From Candidatus Bathyarchaeia archaeon (GTDB taxonomy: Archaea > Thermoproteota > CALKCG01 > B24), in assembly GCA_038870975.1 (NCBI GenBank), contig JAVZJD010000001.1, positions 352,001 to 416,000 of the forward strand: a stretch of DNA of 64,000 nucleotides, read 5' to 3'. Position 1 is the stretch's first letter, and every line of letters begins with the position of its first letter. Below, one piece after another: positions 59,308 through 64,000 of this stretch. A program made the position numbers and the translations under genes. Under the pieces are notes generated by a model. The model had not been told where the DNA came from and searched no databases. It saw only the letters and a program-made list of their open reading frames with translations.

Positions 59308-61998
59308 ATGCTTATGGAAGTTTCATGGCATGCTTTAACGATCGAAGAAGTTTATGCAAAATTAAACTCGAGTACCCGTGGCCTGAGCTCAGAAGAAGCA
59401 TCGGCTCGCCTTGCTAAATATGGATTCAACGAACTCATCGAAGTTAAGCCAGTGTCCGCTTTAAAGATACTCGTAAATCAGTTTAAATCGATCTTCGTTT
59501 TAATGTTAATTGCGGCAGCTTTAATATCCATTATAATATCTGTACAGCATGGGCTTGAAGAGCTAGCCGACTCCGCTGTCATAATAGCGATAGTTGTAAT
59601 AAATGCTGTAATAGGTTTCATTCAAGAATATAAATCTGAGAAAACTTTGGAAGCCATGCGAAAGCTTACGGCTCCTAAAGCTAAGGTTTTAAGAGATGGA
59701 GAAATTAAGACGTTGGAAGCTAGACTCCTAGTACCAGGAGACATAGTTTTCCTAGAAGAAGGAGATAGAATTCCAGCAGATTGTCGGCTCATAGAAGCAC
59801 ATGAACTTAGAACCGATGAAGCTATTTTAACGGGAGAATCTACACCAGTTGAGAAAACGATTACTCATCTAGCTTTTGATACACCGATACACGATAGAAA
59901 AAACATGGCGTTTATGGCGACGCATGTAGTATCCGGTAGAGGAAAGGCTATAGTTGTCGCTACTGGTATGCGTACAGAATTCGGTAGAATAGCTGAACAG
60001 GTTCAAATGATAGAGGCTGAAGAGCCCCCTCTTAAAATTAAACTCGACAAATTCGCTAAGAAAATGGCTTACCTTATAATGGCATTGTGTATAGCTATTT
60101 TCGGACTTGAAGCATTTAGAGGAGACCCTTTACTCGAAAGCTTTATGGTAGCTGTTGCGTTAGCGGTTTCAGCTGTTCCTGAGGGATTGCCCGCTATAAC
60201 CACTGTAACGTTAGCCTTAGGTGCGAGAAATATGGCTAAGAAAAATGCCATCGTAAGAAGGTTGGCATCGGTTGAGACGCTCGGCTCAGCTACGTTTATA
60301 TGCTCTGATAAAACTGGCACACTGACTAAGGGAGAGATGACTGTTAGACAAATATACATCGGGTCGAAGCATATAGAGGTTACTGGGGTTGGCTATGAGC
60401 CTAAGGGTACATTCTTGCTGAATGGAGAACAATATGAGCTAGATGACGGTCTTAAGCTAATTTTGACCGCTGGAGCCTTATGTTCAAACGCCGAACTTAA
60501 GCAGGTAGAGAATAGATGGACTATATATGGGGATCCAACTGAAGCTGCACTTTTAACTGTAGCCGCTAAAGCCGGGCTATGGAAGACTGACCTTGAATCT
60601 AAAATGCCTAGGGTTAGAGAAATCCCCTTCAGTTCGGAGCGTAAACGTATGACAACCGTTCACAAGAATTACGATGGAAGATACATAGTGTTTATGAAAG
60701 GGGCGCCTGAAGTTGTTCTACAATTATGTTCTCAAAGATTTTCAGATGGTTTGGTTTTACCTCTAACAGATGAAGTTAAGAGTAAAATTTTAAAGGTTAA
60801 TGATGAAATGGCTTCATCTGGTCTTCGAGTACTCGCTTTAGCTTACAAATACATTGCAGATCCATACACTACTCAGAATATTGAGCATAATATGATATTT
60901 ATGGGGCTTGTCGGCATGATCGACCCGCCTAGGGAAGAAGCTATAAATGCGTATAAGCTCTGCGAAAAAGCTGGCATAAAAGTTGCCATGATTACTGGAG
61001 ACCATAAGCTTACCGCGATATCTGTTGCTAAGGAAATAGGTATGTGGAAGGCAAACAGTATAGCTTTGAGTGGTAGTGATCTCGACAGGATGAGCGATGA
61101 TGAACTTGAGAGAATCGTTGAAAATGTAACAGTTTACGCTAGAGTTTCTCCCGCACATAAATCTAGAATTGTTAAAGCTTTGAAGAAGAAAGGACACATC
61201 GTAGCTATGACAGGTGATGGCGTTAATGATGCACCAGCTTTAAAGCTATCAGACATAGGTATTGCAATGGGTATAACTGGTACAGATGTAACTAAGGAAG
61301 CGTCTGACATAATTCTCGCAGACGATAATTTCGCAACAATAGTAGAAGCAATTCGAAGCGGTAGAATAATATACGACAATATAAGGAAGTTCATCCGCTT
61401 CTTACTTGCATGTAATTTCGACGAATTATTCGTCATAACGGTAGCCACATTACTTAATCTACCGATACCTCTGACCCCGGCCATGCTACTATGGATAAAT
61501 CTACTTACAGATGGACCTCCTGCTGTGGCTTTAGGTATTGACCCGCCAGATGAAGATGTCATGGTTAGGAAACCTAGAGACCCGAAAACCGGCATCTTCC
61601 ACGGTATGCTCCTATTCGTTATAGCTTCGTTCGTTCTTCAAGCAATTGGAACACTGGGCTCTTTTCTGATTTCCTTTCTCATTTGGGGAGAACATTTGAA
61701 TGAAGCTAGAACCCTAGCTTTCATACAAGCGACGTTTTTTGAGCTTATAGTTATATGGAACTGCCGTTCAGAACGCAACTGTTTCTTAAAAGTTAAACCG
61801 TGGTCCAATAAATACTTACTGATATCCGTCCTAGCTTGCATGGTTATAAATGCAATTCTGCCATACATAGAGATTGCCGATATTTTATTCGACCTAGAAC
61901 CTTTAACTCTTCAAGACTGGGCTCTCACGTTAGGATTTTCATCTCTGGGATTTCTCGTACTTCCAGAAGTTTTTATGAGACAAGTCGATAAGAGTTAA
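59308..61998 (+). CDS. P-type cation-transporting ATPase (type IIA, Ca2+-like)
   Basis: LTGES, PEGL, DKTGTLT, KGAPE, DPPR, TGD, GDGVNDAPAL, WINL.TDG. Confidence 0.95.
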   Translation: MLMEVSWHALTIEEVYAKLNSSTRGLSSEEASARLAKYGFNELIEVKPVSALKILVNQFKSIFVLMLIAAALISIIISVQHGLEELADSAVIIAIVVINAVIGFIQEYKSEKTLEAMRKLTAPKAKVLRDGEIKTLEARLLVPGDIVFLEEGDRIPADCRLIEAHELRTDEAILTGESTPVEKTITHLAFDTPIHDRKNMAFMATHVVSGRGKAIVVATGMRTEFGRIAEQVQMIEAEEPPLKIKLDKFAKKMAYLIMALCIAIFGLEAFRGDPLLESFMVAVALAVSAVPEGLPAITTVTLALGARNMAKKNAIVRRLASVETLGSATFICSDKTGTLTKGEMTVRQIYIGSKHIEVTGVGYEPKGTFLLNGEQYELDDGLKLILTAGALCSNAELKQVENRWTIYGDPTEAALLTVAAKAGLWKTDLESKMPRVREIPFSSERKRMTTVHKNYDGRYIVFMKGAPEVVLQLCSQRFSDGLVLPLTDEVKSKILKVNDEMASSGLRVLALAYKYIADPYTTQNIEHNMIFMGLVGMIDPPREEAINAYKLCEKAGIKVAMITGDHKLTAISVAKEIGMWKANSIALSGSDLDRMSDDELERIVENVTVYARVSPAHKSRIVKALKKKGHIVAMTGDGVNDAPALKLSDIGIAMGITGTDVTKEASDIILADDNFATIVEAIRSGRIIYDNIRKFIRFLLACNFDELFVITVATLLNLPIPLTPAMLLWINLLTDGPPAVALGIDPPDEDVMVRKPRDPKTGIFHGMLLFVIASFVLQAIGTLGSFLISFLIWGEHLNEARTLAFIQATFFELIVIWNCRSERNCFLKVKPWSNKYLLISVLACMVINAILPYIEIADILFDLEPLTLQDWALTLGFSSLGFLVLPEVFMRQVDKS

Positions 61999-62065
61999 TC
62001 TAGCTTTTAACACATTTACGCATCTTATTTCTGAAGAAAATCTAATTTTAGATAGGTTTAAAACC

Positions 62066-63046
62066 TTGATCAATTATCACTTTTACTGTGAGATTTTGGA
62101 TTGGTCTTATGAACCAGAAGAGAGAATTAAACGTGTTCGTTCAATCGGCATTTGGAAAATCATAGCAGTTTTAACGGTTATACTCTTAGCATCTGCCCTC
62201 CTAATAGCGATATGTATAACCAGTTTAAGCCCTGGTGAAGTTGCCGTTACATACGATCCACTCTTTAAAAGCTACAGTGGTCCTTATATTGGCCCTACTA
62301 TCTTCCTAAGGGCACCATGGCAGGGTTTAATCAAAGACTTTTATACGATTGACTATATCGATATGACTACTGAAAGAATAGCGGACTATCCTCCTATTAC
62401 AGCTTTAACTAAGGATGGGGTTGAAATAACGATAGAAGAATCGTTCACATACTCCATAGATCCAAACCTCTTTCTAGACTTAGTTAAGAGTTATCCCAGG
62501 GTTGATTATGAAGAACAGGTTTTAGTTCCAATAATGCGTCAAATAGTTAGAGATGTTACCTCTACGTATACTATTGAAGAGGTGATCTCCAATAGGGAAG
62601 AGCTTGCCGTGAAAATAGAGGAGACGTATAGACGCAGAATAGAAGATGATCCTACGCTTAAAGCTATAAGACTTCACGATGTCATGCTTAGAGGTATAAA
62701 GCTTCCAGACCGTATTAAAGAAGCCATAGAAGCCAAAATAGCTGCGTATCAGCAGAAAATAGCTGCAGAGTATGAGCGTGAGAGGATTTTAACCCTTGCA
62801 AATGCTACAGCTATGGAAAGGATAATAATGGCTGAGGGGGAAGCCAGAGCAATTATACTTAGGGCTGAAGCCGTTAAAACGGCTCTTGTGAGGATATATA
62901 ATGCCACCGGAGATATTGAGGTTTTGAGAATATACGCCCTCTTAGAGCAGCTTCAGAGAGTTGAAAGACCGATTCTAATAATCGGCGGTGGAGCTATACC
63001 ACTTATAACAGTCCCTCAGAGTGATGACAATAGGACTGGAAGTTGA
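62066..63046 (+). CDS. SPFH/prohibitin family membrane protein
   Basis: N-terminal TM helix, TKDG..I, VRDV...Y, NREEL, I.LP..I..AIE.K, AEGEA.A. The start may be downstream. Confidence 0.88.
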   Translation: MINYHFYCEILDWSYEPEERIKRVRSIGIWKIIAVLTVILLASALLIAICITSLSPGEVAVTYDPLFKSYSGPYIGPTIFLRAPWQGLIKDFYTIDYIDMTTERIADYPPITALTKDGVEITIEESFTYSIDPNLFLDLVKSYPRVDYEEQVLVPIMRQIVRDVTSTYTIEEVISNREELAVKIEETYRRRIEDDPTLKAIRLHDVMLRGIKLPDRIKEAIEAKIAAYQQKIAAEYERERILTLANATAMERIIMAEGEARAIILRAEAVKTALVRIYNATGDIEVLRIYALLEQLQRVERPILIIGGGAIPLITVPQSDDNRTGS

Positions 63047-63501
63047 AGAAGATGTTTCTATTACACTTTTTACAAGCTTATAGTATTCCATGCCCCCAGT
63101 AGATGGAGAAAACCTGCTATTTTTCCTCCACCAATTCAATTTTTAGACTATACATCTATATTTCAACTTCAACTTATCATCTAGAAAACCGTTACGTATG
63201 TCAGTAGTAGGTTGATATCTACAAGGCGAATGATGCTTCCCACGATATTGAAGACATTTAGAAAATTATGAAGGGTTCATAGTGGTGTACCTGTCTAAAG
63301 CTTCATTTAGTTGTTATGTTGCTGTGGGAAAACGTAGCCATACTTTTAGTACCTTACCTTTTGTCGGATGTTGGAGTTCAATAACAACCACCGAGTGTAA
63401 ATATTATAAAACGCTCTTTTCCAACACCTTCTAGCAGTATAATGCGTTTCAGGAAACGAAAGTAAAAATATTAAGTATCACTAGAAGATACTGAGTATCT
63501 A

Positions 63502-64000
63502 ATGCTTGTTGTCACAGAAAAAGGCTCAGTGGCGGTTGCAATAAGTAAAGCTATCTCACCGCCCCCTAGGGCTTTTGCGTTAAAAGGGCATATCCTTGAT
63601 TTAGATTTTCCAGAGGAGTATAATAATTGGAGAGCAGTAAATCCTAAGGAACTGTTTAAAGCTCCAGTTAAATGGGTTGTTCGCGATTTTAAAACGTATA
63701 AGAGCCTTAAGGAGCATTTGAAAAGCTTAAACGGTCCGTTGATCCTCGCCACAGATAATGACCATGAGGGGGAGCTCATAGCCTATGAAGTCCTTCAAAT
63801 AGCTAAGAGTATTCGTAGTCAGGTTAAATACATGCGTATGAGGTTCAATTCAACGGCATTTAATGAGCTTAGAGAAGCTTGGACGAAGCTTGAACCCGAC
63901 TTAAACTGGGGTTGGGTTTGGAAAGCATACTTCCGCTCAAAATTCGATCTTATAACCGGTGCAACCTATACTAGGCTTCTTACGCTATCAGCACGTAAGA
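63502..64000 (+). CDS. topA: Type IA DNA topoisomerase, N-terminal TOPRIM part (runs off the window; absent from the ORF track)
   Basis: MLVVTEK.SVA..I, LKGHILDLDF, LATDNDHEGELI, R..FDLITG...TR; open to the window end. Confidence 0.9.
   Translation, partial: MLVVTEKGSVAVAISKAISPPPRAFALKGHILDLDFPEEYNNWRAVNPKELFKAPVKWVVRDFKTYKSLKEHLKSLNGPLILATDNDHEGELIAYEVLQIAKSIRSQVKYMRMRFNSTAFNELREAWTKLEPDLNWGWVWKAYFRSKFDLITGATYTRLLTLSARK

Noticed and set aside
63047-63500. Possible box C/D sRNA or small ORF in the SPFH-topA spacer
   Set aside because: Boxes are too degenerate and no convincing guide target or ORF was found.
63471-63779. 102-aa minus-strand ORF
   Set aside because: Antisense to topA, which the ORF track missed because it runs off the window.
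1-64000. CRISPR array, rRNA, IS elements, Sec/Pyl read-through
   Set aside because: No regularly spaced repeats, rRNA-like tracts, transposase ORFs or single in-frame stops within otherwise intact genes were seen.

Overview
Archaeal chromosomal segment of moderate-to-low GC. It carries aIF-2beta, Trm112, AMP phosphorylase, F420:NADP oxidoreductase and BHB-type tRNA introns, and the gene content resembles Bathyarchaeia/Thermoproteota (inference). Housekeeping genes (argS, guaAB, mtaB, metG, eif2b, topA, tRNA-Asp, tRNA-Trp) are interleaved with many carbohydrate-related accessory genes. Main observations: (1) A GH4 glycosidase - large orphan membrane protein (DUF6785/OPT-like) - DUF5107/TPR unit is present twice in tandem and has decayed reciprocally, with a vapBC pair between the copies. 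A third transporter paralog sits between two DegT-family aminotransferases, which suggests an undescribed glycoside/amino-sugar uptake-and-catabolism system. (2) tRNA-Trp has two introns: a non-canonical 28/29 intron and a canonical intron carrying a degenerate box C/D guide for Cm34. (3) A wHTH/His-rich/FeoA fusion precedes feoB and lies under a DtxR-type palindrome. (4) A nucleotide-sugar dehydrogenase lacks the catalytic Cys. (5) There is an EryC-like epimerase plus FGGY kinase pair. No CRISPR array, rRNA, integrase or transposase was seen. All family calls are from motif recognition by eye, not database searches.
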